A stretch of 48,859 bases of DNA from Bacteriovoracaceae bacterium (GTDB taxonomy: Bacteria; Bdellovibrionota; UBA1018): contig CANHSO010000002.1 of the NCBI GenBank assembly GCA_947463705.1, forward strand, positions 1 to 48,859. The letters run 5' to 3'. Below are positions 28,006-37,908 of this stretch, piece after piece. The notes beneath the pieces are model-generated. The model was not told the origin of the DNA. It made no database searches and saw only the letters and a list, made by a program, of their open reading frames with translations. The number at the start of each line of letters is the position of its first letter. The first letter of the stretch is position 1. The position numbers were made by a program, and so were the translations under genes.

Positions 28006-29142
28006 GTGTATCAAATTCAACAGGTGAAGACTCAAGCAGACTGGAAAACGTTTATCGACCTACCTTGGAAGATATACAGGAACGATGCAAGCTGGGTGCC
28101 TCCCCTCAAAATTGCAATCCGAGACCTTCTCGACGCAAATAAGAATCCGTTCTTTAAGCACGCTGAAATGATTGTTCTTCTCTGCCTCAAAGACGGAAAT
28201 TGTGTTGGGCGTATGATTGGCGTGGTGGATCACGATCATAATCGTTTTCACGATGAAAAGACGGCGTTTTTTGGCTTTTTGGAGACCACTAACGATCAGC
28301 AGGTCATCAATTTACTCTTTGAAGAAGTGTCTCAATGGGCAAAATCCAAACAGATGACCCATCTGACTGGGCCGTTTAATCCGAGTACCAATTACGAGTG
28401 CGGATTACTAGTGGATGGCTTCCAAGATCCCCCCACCGTGATGACAACCTACAATCCTCCCTACTATGCTGATCTCTTGACCGCTGCGGGGATGACAAAA
28501 GCAAAAGATCTCTACGCATATAATCTGCCTACCGCAGCTCCCATGTCTGAACGCTTTGTCAAACATGCTGAGCGAATCAAAAAGCGGCAGTCCATTACGT
28601 TCCGCTCGCTCAAAATGAAAGAGTTTGATCAAGAAGTTGATCAGGTTCTAAAGATTTACAACGACGCATGGGAAAAAAATTGGGGTTTTATCCCCATGGC
28701 GCCCGAAGAGTTTAAGCACCTGGCTAAAGACATGAAGCTCATTATCGATCCCAATCTCTGTTTGGTGGCTGAAGTCAACGGAGAGCCTGCTGGATTTTCT
28801 TTGACTCTTCCTGATGCAAATCAAGCATTCAAGAAGGTCAAAGACGGGAAACTGTTTCCAACTGGTCTTTTTAAACTTCTTTGGAACTTAAAGGGCCTGG
28901 GTCGAAAGAAAACCATCACTCGATGCCGAGTGGTCACCCTAGGGATTAAGCGTCAGTACCGCGAACTCGGATTAGGTGCTCTTTTCTACGTTGAATCTCA
29001 TCGGAGAGCAAAAGAAGGGGGGTACCTCTTTGGTGAAGCCTCGTGGATCCTTGAAGACAATGGGCCAATGAATAAGGCACTCGAGCAAATGGCTGGTGAG
29101 CGCTACAAAACCTATCGGATTTATCAAAAAGCGTTGGTCTAG
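28006..29142 (+). CDS. Large (~378 aa) GNAT-superfamily acyltransferase-like protein of unknown specificity.
   Basis: GTG 28006 is preceded by GGAGG. The N-terminal pattern W.TFIDLPWKIYRNDASWVPPL...NPFFKHAE...GRMIGVVD...FFGFLET...GPFNPSTNYECGLLVDGF is a recurrent uncharacterised GNAT-like family. It starts 52 nt downstream of the SPT-like gene. Confidence 0.65.
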   Translation: MYQIQQVKTQADWKTFIDLPWKIYRNDASWVPPLKIAIRDLLDANKNPFFKHAEMIVLLCLKDGNCVGRMIGVVDHDHNRFHDEKTAFFGFLETTNDQQVINLLFEEVSQWAKSKQMTHLTGPFNPSTNYECGLLVDGFQDPPTVMTTYNPPYYADLLTAAGMTKAKDLYAYNLPTAAPMSERFVKHAERIKKRQSITFRSLKMKEFDQEVDQVLKIYNDAWEKNWGFIPMAPEEFKHLAKDMKLIIDPNLCLVAEVNGEPAGFSLTLPDANQAFKKVKDGKLFPTGLFKLLWNLKGLGRKKTITRCRVVTLGIKRQYRELGLGALFYVESHRRAKEGGYLFGEASWILEDNGPMNKALEQMAGERYKTYRIYQKALV

Positions 29143-29147
29143 CTTCG

Positions 29148-29693
29148 ATGAGAGTGTTGGGTATTGACCCAGGTTCTCGTCTCATGGGGTTTGGTTGTGT
29201 CGATCGAGTCGGCAACCAAGTCAGGCACGTTGCCCATGGTACTCTCAGGATTCTTCAGTCCTTGGAGGGCTCCTCTGATCGAATTGCCGATCGCCTTTTA
29301 GTCATTCATCAACAGCTTAGCGAAGTGATTTTAAAGCTTAAACCTCAGATTATGGTGATTGAGGAAGTTTTTTTTGCAAAGAACGCACTTTCAGCGCTCA
29401 AGCTAGGGCAGGCGCGCGGCGCCGCTATTCTGACTGGTAAGATTCACGGTTTGACTATCGAGGAATACGCTCCCACTGCAGTCAAGCGAGCCATCGTCGG
29501 GCACGGACAAGCAGATAAAGAGCAGGTTGCAAAGATGGTCCAGCTGATCATCGGCAAGCGGACTTTTGAAACTGCAGACGCCTCAGACGCCTTGGCCCTG
29601 GCTATTTGTCATGCTCAAATGGTAAGACTGCCGCCGGAGCTGAGGGTTGAATTCGGTTTAAATTCCCAAGGTAAAAAGGACGTAAAATTATGA
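29148..29693 (+). CDS. ruvC: Holliday junction resolvase RuvC.
   Basis: MRVLGIDPGSRLMGFGCVD, with a catalytic acidic residue in VIEEVFF and DASDALALAICH. Confidence 0.95.
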   Translation: MRVLGIDPGSRLMGFGCVDRVGNQVRHVAHGTLRILQSLEGSSDRIADRLLVIHQQLSEVILKLKPQIMVIEEVFFAKNALSALKLGQARGAAILTGKIHGLTIEEYAPTAVKRAIVGHGQADKEQVAKMVQLIIGKRTFETADASDALALAICHAQMVRLPPELRVEFGLNSQGKKDVKL

Positions 29694-30373
29694 TCGGCTA
29701 TCTTTGTGGGGAGACTATTGAGCAGGCGGATGGTCGAGCTCTGATCGGTGTTGGTGATCGGAGCACATTCGGCTGTGTTGGTTATCTCGTGTCGATTCCT
29801 CAGCGTGCGACTTATGCAGCGCACCTTTCTCAGAAAAAGTCAGAGCTTTTCATTTACACTCATGTTCGTGAAGAGGCGTTTGATCTCTACGGATTTTCAA
29901 CCCAATTTGAGAAGGAATTATTTTTAATTTTACTATCGGTGAACGGTGTTGGTCCTAAGAGCGCATTAGGAATCCTTTCAAGTGTTGAACCGTCCATTTT
30001 AATTGAAGCGATTGTGCAGGCGGATCAAGCATTTTTGACAAAAATTCCTGGAATTGGGAAGAAAACTGCCGAGCGAGTCGTGGTTGAGTTGAAGGACGCC
30101 GTTCGGAAAAAAGTTGATCTGGGCTGGGGACAGCGCCTTGCGGAAGGGGGATCTCCTTCGGCGCGAGTGAAACCTGCACCTGGATTTGGTTCAGACTCAG
30201 AACTGGAGAAGGGTAGCTCCCAGGTCTTTCAGGATGCAAAGTTAGCTCTGATCGGATTGGGGTATCGTGATCAAGATATTCATCAGCTCCTTCATCGAAT
30301 TTTAAAGTCCTTAGATACGCCTCCTCGCGCTGTTGAGGATCTCGTTCGCTCGGCGCTACGGCAATTAGCGTAA
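29690..30373 (+). CDS. ruvA: Holliday junction branch migration complex subunit RuvA.
   Basis: MIGYLCG..., HhH motifs ([27 protein letters not shown]) and a C-terminal domain III. It overlaps ruvC by 4 nt. Confidence 0.95.
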   Translation: MIGYLCGETIEQADGRALIGVGDRSTFGCVGYLVSIPQRATYAAHLSQKKSELFIYTHVREEAFDLYGFSTQFEKELFLILLSVNGVGPKSALGILSSVEPSILIEAIVQADQAFLTKIPGIGKKTAERVVVELKDAVRKKVDLGWGQRLAEGGSPSARVKPAPGFGSDSELEKGSSQVFQDAKLALIGLGYRDQDIHQLLHRILKSLDTPPRAVEDLVRSALRQLA

Positions 30374-30392
30374 TCAAGAGAGGGAGTTCCAA

Positions 30393-31442
30393 ATGTCAGA
30401 ATCAACGGAAGATCAGCGACTCGTCAGCCCAATGGATTGGAACGAAAGCGAAACTCACACGGACCAAAACCCTGAGCAAACTTTACGTCCCTCATTCTTG
30501 GGTGAGTATATTGGACAGAAAAAGGTAAAAGAGAATTTGTCTCTCTTTATGGAGGCAGCACGAAAAAGGGGAGACTCCCTCGATCATGTGCTTTTGGCAG
30601 GTCCTCCCGGATTGGGTAAGACCACTCTTGCGAATATTATCGCCCACGAAATGGGGGCGCAGATTCATACGGTAACCGGACCTAATGTGGAGAAGAAGGG
30701 AGATTTGGCTGCCATTTTGACTAACCTCCAACCCAATGATGTCTTATTTATCGATGAGATTCACCGCCTCCAAAAGACCATCGAAGAAGTTCTTTATGGT
30801 GCGATGGAGGATTACAAGCTTGATCTGATCATCGGGCAGGGGCCGGCTGCTCGAACACTGAGAATTGATCTGCCTAAATTCACGCTTGTGGGCGCCACGA
30901 CTCGTACGGGATTACTTTCAAGCCCGCTTCGGGACCGATTTGGGGTTCAGCTTAGACTAGATTTTTATCCTGTCGAAGAGCTGCAGAAAATTGTGGATCG
31001 TTCTGCTCAGTTGCTTCAGGTCGAGATCGATCCTAGTGGTGCGAATGAAATCGCAAAGCGATCGCGGGGTACCCCTCGGATTGCAAACCGACTCCTCAAG
31101 CGAGTTCGCGACTATGCTCAAGTCCGAGGTTCTAACATTCAAGGTCAGGCAAAGGTGGACCGCGCCACCGCGCAAGCGGCCCTTAAGCTTTTCGAGGTGG
31201 ATGACCGCGGACTTGATCCGATGGATCGTAAATTCCTCAGTGCATTAATTCAAAAGTTTGATGGTGGACCGACTGGGATTGAAACTCTCTCGTCAGCCTT
31301 GGGAGAGGAGAGAGATACACTGGAAGACGTCTACGAACCCTACTTGATTCAGGAGGGGTTTCTGCAAAGAACTCCACGAGGACGGGTTGCGACGCGACTT
31401 GCCTACGAGCATTTGGGCGAGATTGTCCCGGACTCAGTGTAG
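30393..31442 (+). CDS. ruvB: Holliday junction ATP-dependent DNA helicase RuvB.
   Basis: [12 protein letters not shown], the Walker [10 protein letters not shown], the Walker B FIDEIHRL and [15 protein letters not shown]. Confidence 0.97.
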   Translation: MSESTEDQRLVSPMDWNESETHTDQNPEQTLRPSFLGEYIGQKKVKENLSLFMEAARKRGDSLDHVLLAGPPGLGKTTLANIIAHEMGAQIHTVTGPNVEKKGDLAAILTNLQPNDVLFIDEIHRLQKTIEEVLYGAMEDYKLDLIIGQGPAARTLRIDLPKFTLVGATTRTGLLSSPLRDRFGVQLRLDFYPVEELQKIVDRSAQLLQVEIDPSGANEIAKRSRGTPRIANRLLKRVRDYAQVRGSNIQGQAKVDRATAQAALKLFEVDDRGLDPMDRKFLSALIQKFDGGPTGIETLSSALGEERDTLEDVYEPYLIQEGFLQRTPRGRVATRLAYEHLGEIVPDSV

Positions 31443-31678
31443 CTTTATTGCCACACTTTCTGAAAAAACGTGTACAGGGTGACACACTCAGAGACTTCTG
31501 TTTTGAGCAAATGGGGGTGTGTGAAGTTTAGTTTGGCTCAAATTCCAAAATTGAACATGCCTGACTCTCTAGAATTACAGGGGATTTGGGAATCATCCTT
31601 TTGAAATGTAAAAAAAGTCGACTAGGTGTGTTTTTGGGCACGGGCTTTGCTTCAGAGTGTTAGAAAACTAGGAGAGTC

Positions 31679-32608
31679 ATGAGCTTACAAAGGACGTTAA
31701 AAAAACAGGTGGATCTCGAGGGAATTGGGCTTCATTCTGGGAGTCCGATTCGGCTCAGGCTATTGCCAGCCGCTCCCAATTCTGGGATTGTTTTTGTTCG
31801 GTCTGATTTGCCGGGATCTCCCGAAATTCCAGCTCACCATAAGTTCGTTGTGAGCACTCAACTTGCCACGACCCTTGGTCTTCGCCAAGTGACCGTGAGT
31901 ACGGTGGAGCATTTACTTGCGGCTCTGCAAGGTACGCAAATCGATAATGTGAGAGTCGAAGTGGATGGTGCTGAGATTCCCATCATGGACGGTAGCGCCG
32001 TCGTTTTCTATCGCGCAATTCAACAGGCGGGGATCCAAACTCAGAATCAGAGTCGAGCCGTGTTGGCTCTTCGTCGTAAAGTTGAGCTGAAGATGGGAGA
32101 GAAATGGGTGATTGCAGAGCCTTCCTCTTGCCTGGAAATTCACGGCTCAGTTGAGTGGGATCATCCAATGATTGGTTATCAAGAGTTTCATTATCAAGAA
32201 GGTAAGACCCCTTTTGATGATTTGGCTCCGGCTCGGACTTTTGGATTTTTAAAAGATGTAGAGATGATGAAGAAAGCAGGGTTAGCCCGAGGTGGTAGCC
32301 TAGATAATGCAGTCGTTCTTGACGAGTCTTCAGTGGTAAATCCCGGAGGCCTTCGTTTTGAGAATGAGTTTGCTAGACATAAAGTTTTGGACGCCTTAGG
32401 GGATTTTAAATTAGCAGGGATCGCAATTCAGGGTTTTTTTCGTCTCCATCGCGCAGGGCACGATTTGCACCGGAGTCTCTTAACAGAGATTTTTAGAAAT
32501 CCAGATCATTTTGAAATTCTTGACGAGTCTTCTCAGTCGGGTCAAGATCAAACCCGTATTTCTCGGTTCCAAGCAGCCTTTGTGAGTCGCGTTGTCGCGA
32601 GCTTCTAG
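31679..32608 (+). CDS. lpxC: UDP-3-O-acyl-N-acetylglucosamine deacetylase LpxC.
   Basis: QRTLKKQVDLEGIGLHSG, VSTVEHLLAAL, and HKVLDALGD...H.AGH zinc/catalytic motifs. Confidence 0.95.
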   Translation: MSLQRTLKKQVDLEGIGLHSGSPIRLRLLPAAPNSGIVFVRSDLPGSPEIPAHHKFVVSTQLATTLGLRQVTVSTVEHLLAALQGTQIDNVRVEVDGAEIPIMDGSAVVFYRAIQQAGIQTQNQSRAVLALRRKVELKMGEKWVIAEPSSCLEIHGSVEWDHPMIGYQEFHYQEGKTPFDDLAPARTFGFLKDVEMMKKAGLARGGSLDNAVVLDESSVVNPGGLRFENEFARHKVLDALGDFKLAGIAIQGFFRLHRAGHDLHRSLLTEIFRNPDHFEILDESSQSGQDQTRISRFQAAFVSRVVASF

Positions 32609-32636
32609 ATAGGTTTATTTTTGATGAGCTGTGAGG

Positions 32637-32664
32637 ATTGCGTGTCATCGCTGACATCCGCAAT
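32637..32664 (+). terminator. Composite hairpin downstream of lpxC (possible terminator).
   Basis: ATTGCG-TGTCA-tcgc-TGACA-tc-CGCAAT, followed by TTAGAATTGCCCCTTTTTTG. The T-tract is displaced, so this is tentative. Confidence 0.4.
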
Positions 32665-32759
32665 TTAGAATTGCCCCTTTTTTGCTTCTTTGTTAGAACA
32701 TCGCCACGGCCTTAGTGTTTGTTTTGCTCAAGCGAAATCAACTCTAAGGTTAATTAGGT

Positions 32760-32837
<78 letters not shown>

Positions 32838-32897
32838 ACTTTAGCGAATTAAAGCAGAACAAAACTCACTACCTTCGCATGCAGAATTTGAAAAAGT

Positions 32898-32925
32898 GGA
32901 AAAAGCCCCCAATGAGGCTTTTTCC
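32898..32925 (-). terminator. Perfect 10-bp hairpin between tRNA-Pro (+) and the C11 peptidase gene (-).
   Basis: GGAAAAAGCC (32898-32907) and GGCTTTTTCC (32916-32925) flank an 8-nt loop. On the minus strand ACTTTTTC follows. Confidence 0.6.
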
Positions 32926-32943
32926 GTACCTAGATTGATCAGA

Positions 32944-34182
32944 TTAATTCAAAAGATGTTTAAGGACTTCGTTCCAATTGGTTTGGGACTCAAATTTGAG
33001 CTCCTGATACTGAGACGCATACTGATTGTAAGTGAATGAACTCGTTGGGAACCAAATCGAGGCCCCATAGGCCTTGGGAAGTGCAGGAGTTGAGCCGTAC
33101 GTGATGATGAATTCGCCTAAAGCTCGTTTGAGAGTGGTGATTGTTTCAGTGCGAACTAATGGGTCCTTCATGGATTCAAGTTGAGCTAAAACATCGGTCA
33201 GATCCGCGTAGTCGTCGAAAGTAAATCGTTGCGCAGCGCTTACTGCAGTAATAATTTTACGTCGATCTGCTGACTTAATCGTGAGCAAATCTACCCCAAG
33301 TTGCAGGATTGCCTCATCTAGGGCATTCATTTTGCTGAGGTCAAACGCTGAGAAAGTTGCGCTACCTTGGTCTTGATTTTCTGGAGCCATGTAAAAGGAA
33401 ACAAACTCATCAGAGATGATCTTTCCCAAATCCTTGGAGTTCATTTGAGGATGCTGTACTAATGCTCCCAAAATTTTGTGGTAAGGCCAGCCCGCCGCAG
33501 CTTCGACCTCTTCAGATCCGACGTACGTTTCTACTGAGTCCACCATTTCATTTGCAATCTCAGTCATTCCCATCAGGCAAGCATCACTGCCATAAAGGTC
33601 AATTTTGCGACCGATTTGCTTGGAAACAGTTCGAAGCACGTCCGCCAATTGGCGAGTACTAATGGAATGTCCAGTATTGTCATCCCAGCTAATATCTGTG
33701 GTGTGATATTTTGGATTAGTGAGGGTTGCCTTGTTTCTGGTTGCATGCCAGCCGCTGCCGTGATCCCAAACATCTACGACATAATGTTTTGCAGGATATC
33801 TTTTGATTCCCCATTGTATGAAGTCTAGGAGGGTCTTGGCACTGCCCATGTCAATTTGCCCGAGATCCTGAACGATTGGAGAACTTACGCTGGTGTTCGC
33901 CGTGTCCTTCTCGATGAGGAGACGCTGCGTTTTTCTGTTTTTTAAACTAGCCCATTGCACGACGACGTTAACTTCTGGAGTAGATCCGATTTGTTCCATT
34001 TGTTTTAGGTTCATGGTGCCGAAGGAGTCTAGATTGTTGTTTCCATTCAGATAGACTAAAAAAGTCCACTCTGCCTTGGGAGATGCAGGTTCCTCAGTGT
34101 CTTTTGCAAAGGTAAATCCTGATCCAAGGCTCACACAAAAAACTGCTAAAAAAGCCAGTACTGATATCTGGGGTTTACGCAT
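32944..34182 (-). CDS. Secreted clostripain-like cysteine peptidase (family C11).
   Basis: It has a signal peptide and WTFLVYLNGNNNLDSFG...VNVVVQW, with the His-Cys dyad context VDVWDHGSGW and DLYGSDACLMGM. Confidence 0.8.
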   Translation of the reverse strand: MRKPQISVLAFLAVFCVSLGSGFTFAKDTEEPASPKAEWTFLVYLNGNNNLDSFGTMNLKQMEQIGSTPEVNVVVQWASLKNRKTQRLLIEKDTANTSVSSPIVQDLGQIDMGSAKTLLDFIQWGIKRYPAKHYVVDVWDHGSGWHATRNKATLTNPKYHTTDISWDDNTGHSISTRQLADVLRTVSKQIGRKIDLYGSDACLMGMTEIANEMVDSVETYVGSEEVEAAAGWPYHKILGALVQHPQMNSKDLGKIISDEFVSFYMAPENQDQGSATFSAFDLSKMNALDEAILQLGVDLLTIKSADRRKIITAVSAAQRFTFDDYADLTDVLAQLESMKDPLVRTETITTLKRALGEFIITYGSTPALPKAYGASIWFPTSSFTYNQYASQYQELKFESQTNWNEVLKHLLN

Positions 34183-34337
34183 AGAGCTCCTCCATGAGTG
34201 GCGTAACGATTTGGCTGGTACTGCTTCAATGGCTTACTCAAGAGATCCATTCTTGATTAAGCCCGGGTTTCGATAATAAAAAAGTAAAATAAATTTAGAA
34301 AAGATATTTATTACCTTGTCGTTGAGATTAGCAGTTT

Positions 34338-35489
34338 TTAAGCCAGCGGCCAATGGGCAATTTTGGCACAAGAGTCACAGACACCACAGCGCAGGGTATT
34401 TTTGGCTTTTGCGTCAAAATACCTACGAAGAGAGATCCTGCGGCATTCTTCGGATGCTAGAAAAGACACGAGATTTTTAAGGTCCGTTCTTCGTTTTTTA
34501 GAATCACGGATAGCCCACTCGAATAACTTAAAATCGTCATAATCCCAATAGACTAATGCATTGCTTTTAAAATGAGAACTTCGACCCGTGCGTCCAATCG
34601 TTTGGACTAACGATAAGAGAGAGGATGGAGACTGCCACACGACAGCATAATTGAGGTGCGGATAGTTCATTCCCATTCCAAAGGCAGATGTTGCCACAAC
34701 AATCTGGACTCTGTTTTCTTGAACCCTGCGTTCAATGTCTTGTCGTTCATCTTTGGTAAGACCTGCGTGATAAACAGCAGTGGTCTTACCTATTGTGGCA
34801 ACTTGGTGGGCCAATTGCAGAGTACCGCTCCGCGTGGGCGAAAAAATAATTCCAGATCCAGTTCTGAATTGGAGCCAATTGAGCAAGTCGTTAAGGCGCT
34901 GAGAGAGAGGAGAACGGCGAATTTCGAGCTGAACATGAGATGGAAGATCGAACTCACCAATCTCGACCGGTGGAGTGGGAAAAAAGGTGTGGATCTGAGT
35001 TCTACTCTCCGTCGGGAGGGTTGCAGTCAGCCAAAGGCTCTTTTTCAACGTGGGCAATTTGAGCAGATTCGGAATTTTCTGAAATGAGGGCCTAAAATCT
35101 TTGCCCCATTCCCAGAGGCAATGGCATTCATCCACTACGAGGAAATTCGCCTTCCATTGTGCCAAGTGGTACTGAGTAGCTGGATAGTCGAGCATTTCCG
35201 GACTGATGATCCATGCCCCGGACTGTCCAATGGGTGGGCGCGATCTTACTCCACCCGAACCTAGAAAAGTCGGTATACCTAATGTCTTAAATCGTTCGTG
35301 TTGCTGGCGTGCCAGAGCCACTAGCGGAGTAATGAGTAATGTTTTTTGGCCATTTTCGGCTGCCAAGCGCTCATAAACAAGGCTCTTCCCAGATCCCGTC
35401 GGAGCGACACAGATCACATGTCGAGGAGAGCTGTGCGAGCCTTGCAGCGCCGCTAGGGTCTCTTTTTGAAACTCTCGAAGTTGAAACAT
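34338..35489 (-). CDS. Short RecQ-family SF2 DNA helicase (383 aa; helicase core plus zinc-binding module, no winged-helix/HRDC).
   Basis: FQKETLAAL, the Walker A APTGSGKS, the DExH box VVDECH, ATSAFGMGMN and QTIGRTGR. The C-terminal Cys cluster is CRRISLRRYFD...CGVCDSC. Confidence 0.8.
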   Translation of the reverse strand: MFQLREFQKETLAALQGSHSSPRHVICVAPTGSGKSLVYERLAAENGQKTLLITPLVALARQQHERFKTLGIPTFLGSGGVRSRPPIGQSGAWIISPEMLDYPATQYHLAQWKANFLVVDECHCLWEWGKDFRPSFQKIPNLLKLPTLKKSLWLTATLPTESRTQIHTFFPTPPVEIGEFDLPSHVQLEIRRSPLSQRLNDLLNWLQFRTGSGIIFSPTRSGTLQLAHQVATIGKTTAVYHAGLTKDERQDIERRVQENRVQIVVATSAFGMGMNYPHLNYAVVWQSPSSLLSLVQTIGRTGRSSHFKSNALVYWDYDDFKLFEWAIRDSKKRRTDLKNLVSFLASEECRRISLRRYFDAKAKNTLRCGVCDSCAKIAHWPLA

Positions 35490-35572
35490 TTCTGCGCATT
35501 TTGCGAAGACTATGCCAAAATCCTAATTTGAAATCTTCCTCTACGCTAATTCAAGCAACCTAGTGAACCTCA

Positions 35573-36388
35573 TTACTCGCTTGAGTTGCGGAGACCTCTC
35601 TCACATTGGATTCGCCCGTTTTTGATGACCTTTTCAAGGCGTGCGTCGTTGGATGGTGTAAACGCCCTTCTTGGGTGCCACACGTGAAATTGAAGAGCGA
35701 GGCCCTTAAGAGATTTAATCTTGAGACCCAAGTTTTGGAGTCGTAGCTCCACGTCGGTGTCTTCGCGCCCATAGCCCTCATAGGCTTCGTCAAAGCCGTT
35801 AATTTCTTCGAGTGCTTTTCTCGGTACTGAATAATTGCAGCCCTTGAGGTCGACGATTCGATCCATCTTGAGGAGTTTGCGCAAGGGATGCCATGTAACC
35901 CGAATTGATCGATTGAGGTACTCGCTGTCCCCCCTCAGAACGCTCCAAATGAATTGGGGTTTGGGAGAATTGAAAAATCCTTGAGAGACCATTTCGAGAG
36001 TGAGATTTTCACTCAGCCTTTGTCCAAGCTCGACTCGTCGTCCTGCGAGATAATAGCCCTTTTCTTGATGTTCTATGTGATCTCGAACATAGTGCTGATG
36101 GGGAACGCAGTCGCCGTCAAGAAATACGGCTATTTCGCCCTGCGCCTTTTCTAGGGCGCGATTCAGGATGCGACATTTGCGAAATCCCTGATGCTCTTGC
36201 CATAAGTGCTGAGTTGGGATGCCCGAGTCTCGAGTAAATTTCTGAATCACTTGATCCGTTGCTTCTCCAGATCCGTCGTCGCAAAAGAGGACCTCGAAGT
36301 TGCGGTTGGACTGGCGCAAAAGGCCGGCGCAAACCAGTTCAAGGTGTCGAGGCATTTCATACGTAGTTACAAAAAGTGATACTTTCAT
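35573..36388 (-). CDS. Family 2 glycosyltransferase (with galactosyltransferase-like C-terminal region).
   Basis: VSLFVTTYEMPRHLE...FCDDGS...FLDGDC...GCNYSVPRKALEEINGFDEAYEGYGREDTDVELRL. Confidence 0.8.
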   Translation of the reverse strand: MKVSLFVTTYEMPRHLELVCAGLLRQSNRNFEVLFCDDGSGEATDQVIQKFTRDSGIPTQHLWQEHQGFRKCRILNRALEKAQGEIAVFLDGDCVPHQHYVRDHIEHQEKGYYLAGRRVELGQRLSENLTLEMVSQGFFNSPKPQFIWSVLRGDSEYLNRSIRVTWHPLRKLLKMDRIVDLKGCNYSVPRKALEEINGFDEAYEGYGREDTDVELRLQNLGLKIKSLKGLALQFHVWHPRRAFTPSNDARLEKVIKNGRIQCERGLRNSSE

Positions 36389-36434
36389 TTTGATTTTTTA
36401 TGATAATTTTAACTGGAAATGGATTCCATCTAAT

Positions 36435-37217
36435 ATGACTCAGCTTCCGATTACAGTTACGATGATTACACTTAACGAGGAAGAAAAAATAGCTCGGGCT
36501 ATCAAAAGTGTCGAATGGGCAAGCGAAATCATTGTAGTTGACTCCGGTAGTACGGATAAGACCCGAGAAATTGCGGAAGCATTGGGCGCTAAAGTCCTCA
36601 TTCATGCGTGGGAAGGTTATGGCCAACAAAAAAACTTTGCTCAAGACCAGGCTGCTTATGACTGGGTGCTGAATCTAGACGCCGATGAGACAGTTTCAGG
36701 AGAGCTCACTCAGGAGATTCGTAAGATTCTTAACGAATCCGCCATGCATCAGCCTGAAGCGATGGGATATCTCATCCCTAGAAAAACTTTTTACCTCGGT
36801 AGATGGATTCAGTACGGCGGATGGTATCCTAACTATTTAGTTCGCTTGGCTCATCGAAGGCATGCGCGGTGGACTGAGCCGAACGTTCATGAGGAACTTC
36901 AGGTTCAGGGAACCCTTCATAAAATTGAGGCTCCGCTCCTCCATGACGCGTTTTCAAGTATTGAGGATCAGATCCTCACGAATCTTCGGTTTTCCCGACT
37001 CGGTTCGGAAGATCTCCGGCGCAAGGGGAAGCGTCCGAGTATTTTGAGACTCATATTGAAGCCCATTGGAAAATTTTTTGAGACTTTTCTTTTGAAGCGA
37101 GGTTTCCTGGACGGGTTACCTGGGTTTATTATCTCGGTAAATGCTGCTCACAGTATGTTTCTGAAATATGCTTACTTGAGTGAAACGGAAATCAGGCGTG
37201 AAAATACTCATCGTTGA
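36435..37217 (+). CDS. Family 2 glycosyltransferase (LPS-core WaaE/KdtX-like).
   Basis: ITVTMITLNEEEKIARAIKSV.WASEIIVVDSGSTDKT.EIA...NLDADE. The true start is Met 36435; the track ORF 36300 extension overlaps the divergent gene. Confidence 0.85.
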   Translation: MTQLPITVTMITLNEEEKIARAIKSVEWASEIIVVDSGSTDKTREIAEALGAKVLIHAWEGYGQQKNFAQDQAAYDWVLNLDADETVSGELTQEIRKILNESAMHQPEAMGYLIPRKTFYLGRWIQYGGWYPNYLVRLAHRRHARWTEPNVHEELQVQGTLHKIEAPLLHDAFSSIEDQILTNLRFSRLGSEDLRRKGKRPSILRLILKPIGKFFETFLLKRGFLDGLPGFIISVNAAHSMFLKYAYLSETEIRRENTHR

Positions 37218-37908
37218 CTGTAACATTGATTCTGACTCTTGGGGCGCTTCCGATCTGGTGAGTCTCGCTCAAATTCAAAAAGGCTCCACCGTGTATGTTA
37301 GGAGAGGGCCTCAAGGAGATCTTCCCTCCGATGTGCGGTCCTTTGACCGTGTTATTGTTTCGGGATCGAAAACAGGGGCTGCCGATTGCGATTCTTGGAT
37401 CGATCGTTTACTTCAAATGATACGACAGACGGCAGATGCTCAAATCCCATTTTTGGGCGTTTGCTTTGGGCATCAGATGTTAGTCCGGGCATTTGGTGGC
37501 ATCCAGACAGTTCGCAAGGCTCAAGTGCCGGAGTTTGGTTGGGTCGAGGTCGAGCTTCAGGGTAGCTCTCGACTGACTCAGGGTCTTCCTCGTGTTTTTC
37601 ATAGTTTTGCAGCTCACTACGATGAAGTGGGTAATGTTCCCCCTGAGTTTAGAGTTTTTGCTCGGTCAAGAGACTGCGCGATTCAGGCTTGTCAGTTAGG
37701 AAACTTGCCCATTTATGGGATTCAGTTTCATCCCGAGAAGCCATTGAAAAGCGCTGAGAAGATTTTGGCCGAACGCTATCGAATCAAAGAGCCGCCCCTG
37801 CTGTTGAACCGAGACCAGGGAAAGCTGCTTTATCGAGAAGAAGTTGCACATAGGATTTTCGAAAATTTTTTAAGTGGAGAGATTTATGGCCAGGCAGCCC
37901 AAATTTAA
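37198..37908 (+). CDS. Class I glutamine amidotransferase-like protein.
   Basis: It has the nucleophile elbow FLGVCFGHQML and the His-Glu GIQFHPE. The probable GTG start at 37198 (VKILIVD) overlaps the upstream GT2 end. Confidence 0.8.
   Translation: MKILIVDCNIDSDSWGASDLVSLAQIQKGSTVYVRRGPQGDLPSDVRSFDRVIVSGSKTGAADCDSWIDRLLQMIRQTADAQIPFLGVCFGHQMLVRAFGGIQTVRKAQVPEFGWVEVELQGSSRLTQGLPRVFHSFAAHYDEVGNVPPEFRVFARSRDCAIQACQLGNLPIYGIQFHPEKPLKSAEKILAERYRIKEPPLLLNRDQGKLLYREEVAHRIFENFLSGEIYGQAAQI

Noticed and set aside
36300-36434. The N-terminal extension of the GT2 ORF, overlapping the divergent GT2 gene start.
   Set aside because: The conserved GT2 N-terminus (ITVTMITLNEEE) starts at Met 36435, and the upstream part has no similarity.
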